Below are positions 36,901-48,797 of a stretch of 64,000 bases of DNA, in pieces. The notes under the pieces were generated by a model. The model saw only the letters and a list, made by a program, of their open reading frames with translations. It was not told where the DNA came from and searched no databases. Position 1 is the stretch's first letter; each line of letters begins with the position of its first letter. The stretch comes from Balanoglossus misakiensis (taxonomy: Eukaryota > Animalia > Hemichordata): contig CM082581.2 in the NCBI GenBank assembly GCA_040954595.2, positions 4,580,699-4,644,698 of the forward strand, given 5' to 3'. The position numbers and the translations under genes were made by a program.

Positions 36901-39900
36901 TTAAAAATTGTAATGGCTGGTGATCTGATTCCTCAGTGTTCTCACTGATCCCACACATTACGTTCAATCCAAATGTTCTGCAAATTTTGCGTTCGACGCA
37001 TTCAAATAGTGGACTGCATTTGCTTACTTCAATATTTCATGCACAATATGCAAGTAGACTTCAGTTTTGTCCCTTCTTTCACCCAATTTGCTGTCTTTTC
37101 CCGATCTCCAACATAGACTATGGTCGCCGCCATCTTGTTTTTTGTTAGGACAGAACACTGCCTTACAGCATTGACTGTATGCAAATTTTGTAACCAGAGT
37201 CTATGGCTTGGCACATGCGCATAAGAAGGACCATCACCCTTTAATTTCAATCTACATACTTCCATTCCAGCATCTGTTGCTTTTGTCTGAAGTATCGACC
37301 ATCTTTGAGACTCCAGGCCAAGTCATCAGCTCGCTTTCTTTCCACCAACACTGGGAGAATCCTCTCTTCGCCGTGACATCTCCAAAGCCAACAATAGTCT
37401 CCACAGCTCAGATGTCTCGTTTTGTGCCGTACGCCAAACTCGGTCAGCCATCTACTCAACTGATAGAAAAGTAAACAAGTATTTTATTTAATAACATATC
37501 GGGATGGCAAGTTTAACCATGCAGTTTCACATAACTACATAGTCTACTTCAGTAAAATTCAAAAGGCTTAATTGACAACAAAATTCCACACAAGTCTTGA
37601 ATATTGCAACAGCAATCAGGTTATCTCAGTTTGGATGGCAATCACCCATGTACCACTGATTTATTTTTTGAGTAAAATGATTTTCTTCTTGCACTTTCAC
37701 ACTCATGGCAGTCAATCCATGACCACGTTTACCATACACAGGTAGTTGGAATATTATTGTGTATCAGAGGTGCTGATATTTTCTGACAAAGATTATGTCA
37801 TGTACCACAATCGAAGAGAAACCAGTCTCCTTTGAAAATCATTGTACACTGAACAGCACTGACTGACCATGTGTGTGATGTGTCTGCCAATCCCGCAATA
37901 TTTTCTGTGTCTGCACAGCCTCAGGTTAGAAATTCACTGAAATATAGGGGAGGTCAGGACCACAGTCACAGTCTTTACCATTTCGTTACATAGAGTGTTT
38001 CCATAATTCCACTTATAGTGTTAAGAGATATAGCGTATGTATTGTACACATTGTTTCTTTACCTCTCCAAGTCTACAGCCATCGCCGCCCTGTTCATGGA
38101 TATCAACCAACAGCACCAAACCGTCGGAGCCGTCGTCGTTCTGATACAACGCATCTGGTCCCTTGCCTTCAGGTACCTCAGCCTTTGTGTGTCTTGTAGG
38201 TGCATGATGTTGACAAGCACTGCCAGTAGCTTCTGTCTGTACTTCTGTTGGAGTTGTCCCTGCAATTGACAAAATGCCTCGAATCACACACAGCCAGATA
38301 CTAGACCATGGGTCGGTGATGAGAAAGTGATGAGAAAGTGAACGTGTACCTCGGAGTCGATGAGCCACCTCAAATCCCTCGTCAAGTAATTCATAGACTG
38401 GTTGTCTGTTCTGTGATCGTTTCTTGATCAGTCCCCTGGATATGAGTACAGTCAGTCTCCACCATGCTATGCAGAAAACTAACATAAACACACAATGACT
38501 TTTGTTAATGATACAATTTTATTATTCTGGTAAAAGATTACTGATTAAATAATAATTATTATGAATGGATTTATCAAAGTCAGATTTTATTAAAGGAATT
38601 TATCTTCATTGCTTGAACTGGGTGTAACTGTGGTATGGGAAATGCAAAGTCTGTTGTATGGGAAATGTTGTCCACTGTAATGTAAGTCTGGATGTGAATT
38701 CATTACTCAACAATACCAATGGTTGTTACTCATAGAGAGGCTTTGTTGTGAAGCTATAGACTGAACATTTCATAAGGCTATGCAGAGTACGACAAGAAAC
38801 CAGAGTTGACATATTGGAGAAAAGATACTTTACAGCCAAAAGTTAGGGTTACTGGGGCTTTAACCCTTCCACCACCATGGTTTGGTCCAAATCCATTGTT
38901 TTCTATGGTTAACTTGGACCTCTTATAGAGGGAACTGAGGGTGAAAGGGTTAAATGCAAAAAAATAGCTGCACATACCAGGTTCATCCGTATGTGCGTTG
39001 TCAATGAAATATTCCTCACAAATTGGTGATGCAAACTCTTTCAGTGTTCCCTCTGGAATAAGGACCTTGTCTTTCCTCCTACAAGTACAATTAGAAACAG
39101 TAAAAATAATGCAAACTTATCTAACTGACAACTCAGTGTATTTCAAGAAGCAGGACAACATAAATTCTAACCAGGTCACAAAACCCAAGGCAACCAAAAT
39201 GATGCTATAAATGTAATTTACTTCCTTGTCCTTTTTCTACAGCCATAAAGAATCTGTGTCTCTCGAACAGAGTCATTAATACTCACGTTTGTCTCTGAAG
39301 TTCTTCATAAGCGTTTAACATTGCAACCAGTAACGCTGCAGCTGAACTGATGTATTTACCATCGCTCGGTGGATCTGCAGTAATTGTTTCGTTGTCTCCA
39401 ATTTCTTTTAACTTCTTGCATATAACACCACCCACCTATTGCCAAGAACAGACTTTGATTCATGATTTAGAATCCATTGTCTTCAGAGTTGACTTTGAAT
39501 GCTGATAATCCTCACCAATACAACAAGTGTACTGGTTACATCTAAAACTAATCCTTCATTCAAATATCTTGTATAAGATAAAGAACATGCAGAGAAGATT
39601 ACATTTTCCAATAAAGAAAATGGCACTGTGCATGCATACATGCATACATACTTCTGATTTCTTTTTCAGACAGCCATTGATTGGTCCAGATATAAATGTT
39701 GATTTCTACTTACACCTTCCAATGTCTGCGCCTGTTTGACAGATCTGATGGGTGTGTCCGTCAGGGACAGAGAAACTATGGCCTTGGATGTCCATTCGGC
39801 CGCTTGTTTCAGGAAGTGATGTCGTCTTTGATCTCGCTCATGTCGCATCAAACCTCTCACGTACTTGTATCGCTACAGTGGAAATGAAAGGCAGTCTCGG

Positions 39901-40379
39901 TCAGTGTCATCTAATTTTTTGAAATTCAAATTTAAGTAGCTTGTGACGTTCACACAAGTACGTTTTGATACAAACTTTCCTTTTTTCAGGGCTTTTAGAC
40001 CTAACAACTCAATGGAAAAAGTGCTGAATCCTTGTGATAATTACTGTCTTTGAAATTTGCATTTAATTGGGACATGTATTGCAACTTTCAGTCCTAAATC
40101 AGTGACATTTTCTCAGTTCGCCATATGAAGTTTTTCACAATTTAAAGCCCCCAATACTAAATAGCTTTGTACCAATTTTTGAATTATCAGCGGCAAGAAT
40201 GGTGCAGGGGACCAGACTGTGTACAGGACGACCCAGGCGCTAGACAATCTGAAGTGGTAGCCGTGGAATTTGGAAACATATTTCTCGCGGGGCCAGGGGG
40301 AGGGGAGACACGACACCCCCCCCCCCCCCCATTCCCCAACAGCTTGGCCACTCACCAGATCTGGATAGCTTCTTCTCAT
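33958..40379 (-). CDS. MUS81-like ERCC4-domain endonuclease with a C-terminal disordered tail, CUE-like domain and SIM
   Basis: Exons 40379-40356 (least certain), 39872-39714, 39435-39287, 39078-38978, 38478-38350, 38259-38063, 37459-37260, 36874-36736, 36296-36187, 35845-33958 are phase-compatible. N-terminal HhH-like KAIVSL..TDTPIRSVKQAQTLEGVGGVICKKL; winged helix AWWRLTVLISRGLI...YELLDEGFEVAHRL; ERCC4 core VLLVDIHE, GDYCW, VERKRADDLAWSLKDGRYFRQK, KYIIE. Confidence 0.82.
36990..37245. mobile_element. Degenerate MITE related to 29592-29887
   Basis: Shares gcattcaaatagtgg, ttttcccgatctcc.acataga and cgccgccatcttgt; ends in cctttaa. Confidence 0.55.
38860..38953. mobile_element. piggyBac-type MITE, copy 4
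   Basis: TTAA|CCCTT...AAGGG|TTAA with the same internal sequence as the 23403 copy. Confidence 0.75.
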
Positions 40380-40884
40380 TATGACGTCCCCTCGATACGA
40401 TCACGCAAAGATACGAATCTATGTGGTTTACATTGCCATCGCGCTTGCTATTAGGTGGGATAGTTTCATCCTGAGTTTCACAAATCTTTTGAAAAACCCA
40501 TTTTGATGGACCAAAACAACTTCGTCCGTCCCGCTTGCATTGGAGTTAAGTGATATAAAACAAACACTTAACTGCCTGCCCCAAACCCGCCGCTGGCTGC
40601 GCTGTGCTACAGCGGATCAGGTGCAGGGTGCTAGGGGGTCGGATCTAGGCCTGTGAGAGAGAGACTTTGTCCCTTTAATTGATACTATCCGTAAAGTGCA
40701 ATTCACAATTATACGCAAGTAACTACATTCTCTGTCGGCATGCTGTTAGGTTTTTACGCTTTTTGCGATTATGCAAAGCAGCATTTTTAGATCTATGTAC
40801 TCTATGAAGTATAATTGCACCATTCTCGAGGAACTACATGTAATTTTATGTGAATAGATTCTACTTCTGCCGGTACACAGAGAA

Positions 40885-43130
40885 TCGAAAATCGCAATGT
40901 TTGATTTTACAAATTATAATCTCGAATTATAAGTCGAATTAGATGGTGGTAATTACATGATTTTTTGCCCTTCAGTCGTGCCTCGTTTTCTTTCATAAAA
41001 AAATCGACATTTTTGTTAAATCGTTAAAACCCACACTTATTTGCTATATGACGAGGGCCACATGTGGGGGCAGGATCAGCTTACTATTTTCTAAACACCT
41101 GACATCACTTCCTGGTCTTTTTTGCCGGAAGTCACCTGTCATTCATGGACTTGACTTGACTGTACATGTACAAGGGAAAATTTATGGGGGTTGTCAGTAA
41201 ATTGGATTTTAAAATTAGAAAATGTGCAATTTTTATTATCTGTGAATAGAATTCAATTTACAGCAAAGAAAGACTTTCATTATCCAGGGTCGATGCAAAA
41301 AAGAGAATTTCTTTACTGCCTCGTTCCTTCAATCGACATTGGTGTCCTCCCCTCTGGAAAAAGCGCAAGTGTTGATGTATTAAAGGTAGAACGCACCACG
41401 AAAATCAGTCCCGAACTTTTTTTTCTCATATCTTGCTCAACTCTCTCTCAGCCTAATAGAGCATAAAAATCCGGTTGTGTTTGGTAGGAAATTGGCAGAC
41501 AATGTTTTCAAATGAAAAGTTAAACCTTGTGAATATGTTGTATAAAGAAATCTCATCGAGTGGTCATAATGCTGATATATTGGGGAAACCGCTTTGACAC
41601 TGTTTATTTACACTACTTTTATTAATGTTATTTGAAATATAAACACCACGGAAACCAAAGTTCACTGACACACACACACACACACACATTATATTTGTGA
41701 CATTCGACCCTAGAAAATCGCAATGTTTGATTTTACAAATTATAATCTGCTGAGTCGAATTTAATAGATGGCGGTAATTACAACTCTCTCTCAGCCTAAT
41801 GGAGCATAAAAATCCGGTTGTGTTTGGTAGGAAATTGGCAGACAATGTTTTCAAATGAAAAGTTAAACCTTGTGAATATGTTGTATAAAGAAATCTCATC
41901 GAGTGGTCATAATGCTGATATATTGGGGAAACCGCTTTGACACTGTTTATTTACACTACTTTTATTAATGTTATTTGAAATATAAACACCACGGAAACCA
42001 AAGTTCACTGACACACACACACACACATTATATTTGTGACATTCGACCCTAGAAAATCGCAATGTTTGATTTTACAAATTATAATCTGCTGAGTCGAATT
42101 TAATAGATGGCGGTAATTACGGTTTTTTTTTACACTTCAGTCGTGCCTCGTTTTCCTTCATAAAAAAATCGACATTTTTGTTGTAATCGTTAAAACTCAC
42201 ACTTATTTGCTACATGGCGAGGGCCACATGTGGGGGCAGGATCAGCTTACTATTTTCTAAACACCTGACATCACTTCCTGGTCTTTTTTGCCGGAAGTCA
42301 CCTGTCATTCATGGACTTGACTTTTTTCTTTGTGTTCTGTTGTTTGCTGTGCTGTGCTGTGCTGAATACGGATGGGTATGATCGCAAATATAGATTTTGA
42401 CACGCAACTTTTACAGAATTACTGTACAAGTTTTCAAGAAAATTTATTTCTAAACTTACAGCTATAGAATTAAGCTGATCTGTATAGACACAATACGTCT
42501 AGAAAACAGGACCATGCACCTGTCAATCTATTAAGGTACTATTGTTGCGTTCATAAAAATAACAAAGTAATGTTGGAAATATTTCGAATATGTACATGTA
42601 CAAGGGCAAATTTATGGGGGTTGTCAGCAAATTGGATTTTAAAATTAGAAAATGTGCAATTTCATTGTCTGTGAATAGAATTCAGTTTACAGCAAACAAA
42701 GACTTTCATTATCCAGGGCCGATGCAAAAAAAGCGAATTTCTTTACTTTACTTTTATTCGACGTTAGTGTCCCCTCCTCTGGAAAAAGGGCAAGTGTTGA
42801 TGAATTAAAGGTAGAACTCACCTCGAAAATCAGCCCTGAACCTTTTTCTCATATCTTGCTCAACTCTCTCTCAGCCTAATGTAGAATAAAAATTCGGTTA
42901 TGTTTGGTAGGAAATTGGCAGACAATGTTTTCAGATGAAAAGTTAAACCTTGTGAATATGTTGTATAACGAAATCTCATCGAGTGGTCATAATGCTGATA
43001 TATTGGGGGAAAACGCTTTGACACTGTTTATTTACACTATTTTTTTTAATTTTATTTGAAATATAAACACAGTTCACTGACACACGCACATAGACACACA
43101 CACATTATATTTGTGACATTCGACCCTAGA
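40885..43130. repeat. Complex block of nested direct duplications, including a ~346-bp tandem pair (about 41438-41783 and 41784-42120) and (CA)n tracts
   Basis: caactctctctcagcctaat...gacattcgaccctagaaa occurs three times (~41438, 41781, 42860). cttcagtcgtgcctcg...ggacttgactt occurs twice (~40970, 42135). Confidence 0.85.
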
Positions 43131-43149
43131 AATTTCGCATGCATTCAGA

Positions 43150-43350
43150 AGATTACTTTAATAAAACCATTATTTATTTTGGGACATTTCCATTAACAAA
43201 TATACGGGTAAAATTGTATAGAACCTAAACATTTATATTTAGAAGTAAATTGGCACACGCCACATTAAATATGGCATTCGTCCTCAATAATTGCTGTGCC
43301 CTGTTTTTCACAGTAAGGACATATTCTCTGATACAAAGGAAGAGATGGCG
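43150..43350 (-). mobile_element. Decayed 3' fragment of a non-LTR retrotransposon ORF2
   Basis: RICPYC...IEDECHI resembles the C-terminal CxxC...EDExH motif of LINE ORF2. It is followed by stops. Confidence 0.45.
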
Positions 43351-43677
43351 TACAGTGTCGTCTTGTGTTCAGCGGCCAACGTATGACTTGAGCAGCGAAG
43401 ACGTACCAGGTCAAATTTAAATCTTGTAATTTTAATACATGACAAGTATATTTCGGGTTCAAGCGTGGATTTACATTGAGCTTACTGACGCAACCTGTGG
43501 GAATCATTAATTGCAACTGACCATTCCTGTCTGCAACAATGACGTTTATCTTTTTAATTGACTGTTATGTGAGGGGCTCACTCTCTACGGAGTTCAGTGA
43601 TGTTACCACTAAAGCCAATCAGTGTTTTACCTGGTACTGAACTGTTTGCTTCTTTTCCGAGGTCACTTACACTCGAA

Positions 43678-43766
43678 CCCCCACCCCACCCCACCCCACC
43701 CCACCCACCCCACCCCACCCCACCCCACCCCACCCCACCCCACCCCACCCCACCCCACCCCACCCA
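43678..43766. repeat. (CCCCA)n microsatellite
   Basis: About 17 nearly perfect pentamer units. Confidence 0.95.
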
Positions 43767-44449
43767 TCCGGAAGTATAGATTACAGCCACATACTCCCCC
43801 ACGCCCAACTCCATAATAAAAACAAAACAATCCCCTGATATAGCTGCATGCATAGCGTAACCATATAGAGATTTCGCTGCTTTTTCGGTATTAGCAGTTA
43901 TTTCTAGTAAAAGAAAGGAAAGACGACAGAAGTAATGCAACACGAATTTGCCTATAAAAATTGCACCATACGAAATATGAATTTTCCATAATGAACAAAA
44001 ATATCATCAAGGCTCTGTTTTAAATATATTAGCCATGCAAAATGATAGTATGCATATATTTAATGACACTCCACCTTACCTATAAAATGCTCAGTGTAAA
44101 GGTTCTCAATTCATTCTGCCATTGCGTATACAGCGGTTCGTAGCACTCTGTAAGTATATTTCCCTTGCAGTATAACTGTTGATCCAATTTTCACAGTTTC
44201 AGATAGCAGCTATCTTTTTCTCTGGTTTAGGAGTCAGAAAAGCAAAAAATATAAAACCTATTTTTGAGTTGATTTGGCGTCATGTTCGACGTATCTTGAA
44301 CTTTGCTCCTCTTCTTTTAAACATGTACATTTCTTCTAATCAATTTAACAACGGCCAGTCAGGTTTTTTTTCGGTTGATTTGATAATTTGCAGACGAAAA
44401 GGGGTCCAAGCGCCATAGTGACTAAGAATATCCTGAAACGCGACTCACC

Positions 44450-47400
44450 ATGGCTGTTGGCAGTGTTTTGATGTTGGCTTTGTCCATCGGCGTGATGACA
44501 GCTGTTAACGGTAAATCGTCACTTAGTCTTTCTTTAAATTTTTCTTGCGATTTATTCTATTTTCACTCGTTTTCTCAATCCTTCCTCTTAATTGTAGACC
44601 AAGTGGACACGATTTTACATTCTCTTCAGGGCCTAATCAAAATTTGTGAAAAAATGTGGAAAATATCATGATTTTTTTAAAAGATGGCGACATGTTGACT
44701 ATGGCGTTGAAAGGGTTAAATACGAAGTACGATAAAATTAAAACTATTAAAATACTGAATTTTTTTCAAAGGGTTAAGTCTCAACGCCACTTCTTCGATT
44801 GTTCATATCTAGCAGGAAATATTACAGTCTTACTCGAATAAAAGGTGAAGATTAATTATCATACATTCTTAGTAGTATGTTACTCACATTGTAGATTTAC
44901 AGTCCAAATATATTTCTTCTCGTGATTACAAACAGCCCAGTGTCCGTCCGACTGGAAGGAACACGGCGACAAGTGCTACTACTTGGGCACCAACCAACTG
45001 TCTTGGAACGCGGCTGAAGACTATTGCCAAAGCAGAGGGGGTCACTTGGCTAAAGACACTCAAGATGTGCATAGCTGGTTATCTGGCGAAGTGGCGCAGA
45101 TGGACATGAGTGGCTGTGATCCAATATATAAATGCAATCTTTACATCGGTTTGTTATATACGGTCAGTAACCGCATTTTACTTGGACATTCACATCATCG
45201 CGATTTTTATACGCAATGTGTCTCCAACGTAACGGACTATTTTAACAGGGGTGGAAATTGTGGAAATACACCAGTGTACAGTGAAAAATGTATGACACGT
45301 CATTTATAATTCCATACGTCACCATATCCATTTAAAAACACAACCTACGAAATAAAATTTCAAACTTTCTTGACGCAGTTCACCTAATTTATCTAAAATA
45401 ATTTTTCTGCAAAGCCTGGTGAGGGCTACAGTTGGGCAGATGGATCAGCTGTTGACGAAAGCTTCATGCCATGGCAACCTGGTGAACCCAACAACGGGGA
45501 CGTTTTAAAATCCGGTGAAATCGAAATGAGAAGCAGCGACTATTCTAACTTCAAGTGGAACGACCGCCCCATTGGCTGGGCTCCCAATCCGAACGCTCGG
45601 TACATCTGCGAAAGACCGGGTATGTTCTTTACACTGCCTTAATGTTCGGTGCTATGAAAACGTTAATACTTTGATACTTGTAACTTTGTCATTGGATATA
45701 TTGGCCTCACTTGATAAAGATTTTAAAGGGACTTCAGTATTTTTGTTCCTGATTCCGAATGCAAATTTTTGTTCACAAGTACTTCACACAGCATGCTAAT
45801 ATACCTGGTACTCCTCTTATCAACATACTGCTGTTAATATTGACTAGTCTGGACATGAATTCAAATTTGCACAATAAAAATGCTGACTAAACAAATGTGC
45901 GTTCTTGTGATAAGTGAAATGTGGTGCATTCAATTGAACAAGAAACTGCAGTAGATAAACAAAACAAAAATATTGAACACATGGTGAAAAGTTACAGCTT
46001 ATGGGGCTACTAGCTTTAACTCGCTTGTTTGAGTGTGTGTGATTTTTTTTTATAAGTTCTCACGTGCGAAGATGACGACTGGAAGATCTTTGGGACATCC
46101 TGCTATCACTTCGGGACAGATCAGCTCTCCTGGAACGAGGCTGAAGATTTCTGCAACAGCCGACGTGGTCACTTGGCCAAAGACACACAGGATGTCCATA
46201 GCTGGCTCTCCTCCGAGGTTGCACAGCTTGATATGAGCGGTTGCAGTCCAATCTACACATGCAATCTTTTCATTGGGTTGTTATATACGGTAGGTGGAAT
46301 TTGGAGGTAGAAGAAAGCTGCGCGTCGTAGATAATGCAGAGGACACTTTAAATGTCGAATATTTTCGTTATTATTATCTTCTTAAAACTTTAATCTCTTG
46401 GATATTAGTGTAGTTTATTACACAGTGACATGAAGAATAAACCTTCAGGCTCATATGTCACATTATTATCATAACACAAAGGACAAAGAGGCGAGGGTAC
46501 ATAATGTAAAGTACAGAATGTTGATAGTATATTCTGTACACATGCCCTCATACCTTACGTGACAGGTATGTTTTATCCACGTAATTTGTCCTTAGTGAAG
46601 TAAATTACGGAACTGAACGTACAAACGCCACCAAAAGTCGAATGGCGACATTTTCATAATACAATTGCTTTAATTACGGCTTGTTTCACAGCCTGGTGAA
46701 GGCTACAGTTGGGCAGATGGAACAGCTGTTGACGAAAGTTTTATGCCATGGCAACCTGGTGAGCCCAACAACGGCAACGTTTTAAAATCCGGTGAAATCG
46801 AATTGAGAAGCAGCGACTATTCCAACTTTAAGTGGAACGACCGCCCCATTGACTGGGCTCCTAATCCGGACGCTCGATACATCTGTGAAAGAGCAGGTTT
46901 GAAATATTCGTACTCTTCACATCCTCCATTGTACGATTTATCAATATATGGTTTTCCGCTCTGTGCGAGATCTCGCGAAATTTGGTTAATTATTGTGATG
47001 TATTCAGACTAATTATGGAATGACACCACGTCCTTTTTTATTATTCCATAAGCGGTCGGCTGTCCCAGAGGCTGGAAACATCATGCTTCAACCTGTTATT
47101 ATTTCGGTACCAACAAACTGACGTGGCGTGAAGCTGAAGATCGTTGCCAGAATGATGGCGGCCATTTAGCCAAAGACACACAGGATGTACACAGCTGGCT
47201 GTCTATGGAAGTTTCGAAGCTCGATATGACGAACTGCGATCCAATATACAAGTGCAATCTTTTCATCGGGCTGCTATTCACGGTGAGTATGTTCAGTATA
47301 AAGTGAGAGGTGACGACATGTTTACACGATAATGAATGCTATGATACGTGGTATAGTGGAGCCTCGCTATAACGATCATGGTGGGGGACGTACAAAACGT

Positions 47401-48399
47401 AACACTAAAGTGTTCGCTACAACGAAATCAGTCATATGCTAATTTACTGACATATACATGTACATGTACATCTGCTCATGGGTCTAATGCAAGCACTTTC
47501 TGCCTAAGTCAAGTTTGAGGCATTTTGATTTGCATATTATCAGCATCAACAGTGGAAAAATTATACCGTCTGTGTTAATATGGTTTATCTGTGCACTAAT
47601 TTTGCGACAGATAAGAGGTTAGGGTACATAATATGAAGTACAGTATGTTGATAGATATTCTGTACACATGCCCTCAGACCTTACATGTACGTGACAGGTA
47701 CGTTTTATCAACGTAATTTGTCCTTAGTGATAAAGTAAATTACGGAACTGAACGTACAAACGCCACCAAAAGTCGAATGGCGACATTTTCATGGCACAAT
47801 TGTTTTAATTACGGCTTGTTTCACAGCCTGGTGAGGGCTACAGTTGGGCAGATGGATCAGCTGTTGACGAAAGCTTCATGCCATGGCAACCTGGTGAGCC
47901 CAACAACGGGAACGTTTTAAAATCCGGTGAAATCGAATTGAGAAGCAGCGACTATTCCAACTTCAAGTGGAACGACCGCCCCATTGACTGGGCTCCCAAT
48001 CCGGACGCTTGGTACATCTGCGAAAAACCAGGTGTGACATCATGATTTCATTTCATGTCTCATATTTCAAGTGTGAAATTAGTTCACGCGTTAGATACAC
48101 ATGATCCTTATCCCAAATATGACGTCCTTCTGTCAGCCGAGAATAATGTTCATGCATTACCAAATGTGGCAGGCACATGAGCTATGACATTTTACACATG
48201 GTACATTTGTCTATCCATACGTGGTATCTGTCTATCATCCACACCACCCTGTACTATTACATGTAACAATGTTTTTTCTTCCATACATGATCTCTTGATA
48301 AGTTGCGTTCTTTTCATATTTTATCGCCAATACAGCTTTCCAGTAGACGAAGGAGGCACATCTCGCAGACTGGAGAAGCTTCCAGCAAAAATGACGTGA
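44450..48399 (+). CDS. Secreted C-type lectin with three tandem CTLDs
   Basis: Signal-peptide exon 44450-44510. Domain exon pairs 44936-45162/45415-45619, 46057-46289/46692-46896 and 47053-47282/47827-48031. The terminal exon near 48336-48399 has an ambiguous acceptor. Motifs CP..W....CY, LSW..AED.C...GHLA, IGL, WADG, WQPGEPNN, WND, YICE. TATAAAA at 44081 and a non-coding donor at 44150. Confidence 0.88.
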
Positions 48400-48655
48400 A
48401 TCGAATCTACATTCCCATTTCCATTGATAAATACATTATATTATGGCATGAAAAATATGGTATATATGGTATAGCAAAATCGCAGGTACATGAATGTTAC
48501 ATTATAAAGAGCACGGGTGGTTTTGAACGAGGCTGGAGAAGCATAGCCCCATTCTAAAACTGGAGGAACTAAGCGTTTGGCAAGATTCAGTACCTGACGA
48601 TTTCTTTTAATCTTTTCTTGAAATAAATCATCTATCAGCAGCCTGAATGTATCAC

Positions 48656-48750
48656 TGTGTGTGTGTGTGTGTGTGTTTGTATATGTATGTATGTACGTAC
48701 GTACGTACGTACGCACGCACGCAAGCATGCATGCATGTATGTATGTGCGC
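48656..48750. repeat. Compound microsatellite (TG)n/(TATG)n/(TACG)n/(CATG)n
   Basis: Read directly from the sequence. Confidence 0.9.
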
Positions 48751-48797
48751 ATTTACACGTGTGAATATGCATGCATTATTATATGCCTTTCCCTAGA

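Noticed and set aside
40432-40560. Alternative first exon for the MUS81-like gene (ending DGN|gtaaac)
   Set aside because: No in-frame ATG found and a weaker donor than CTG|gtgagt at 40355; not fully excluded.
43578-43943. GWGGV and PTPPH repeat proteins
   Set aside because: Translations of the (CCCCA)n microsatellite.
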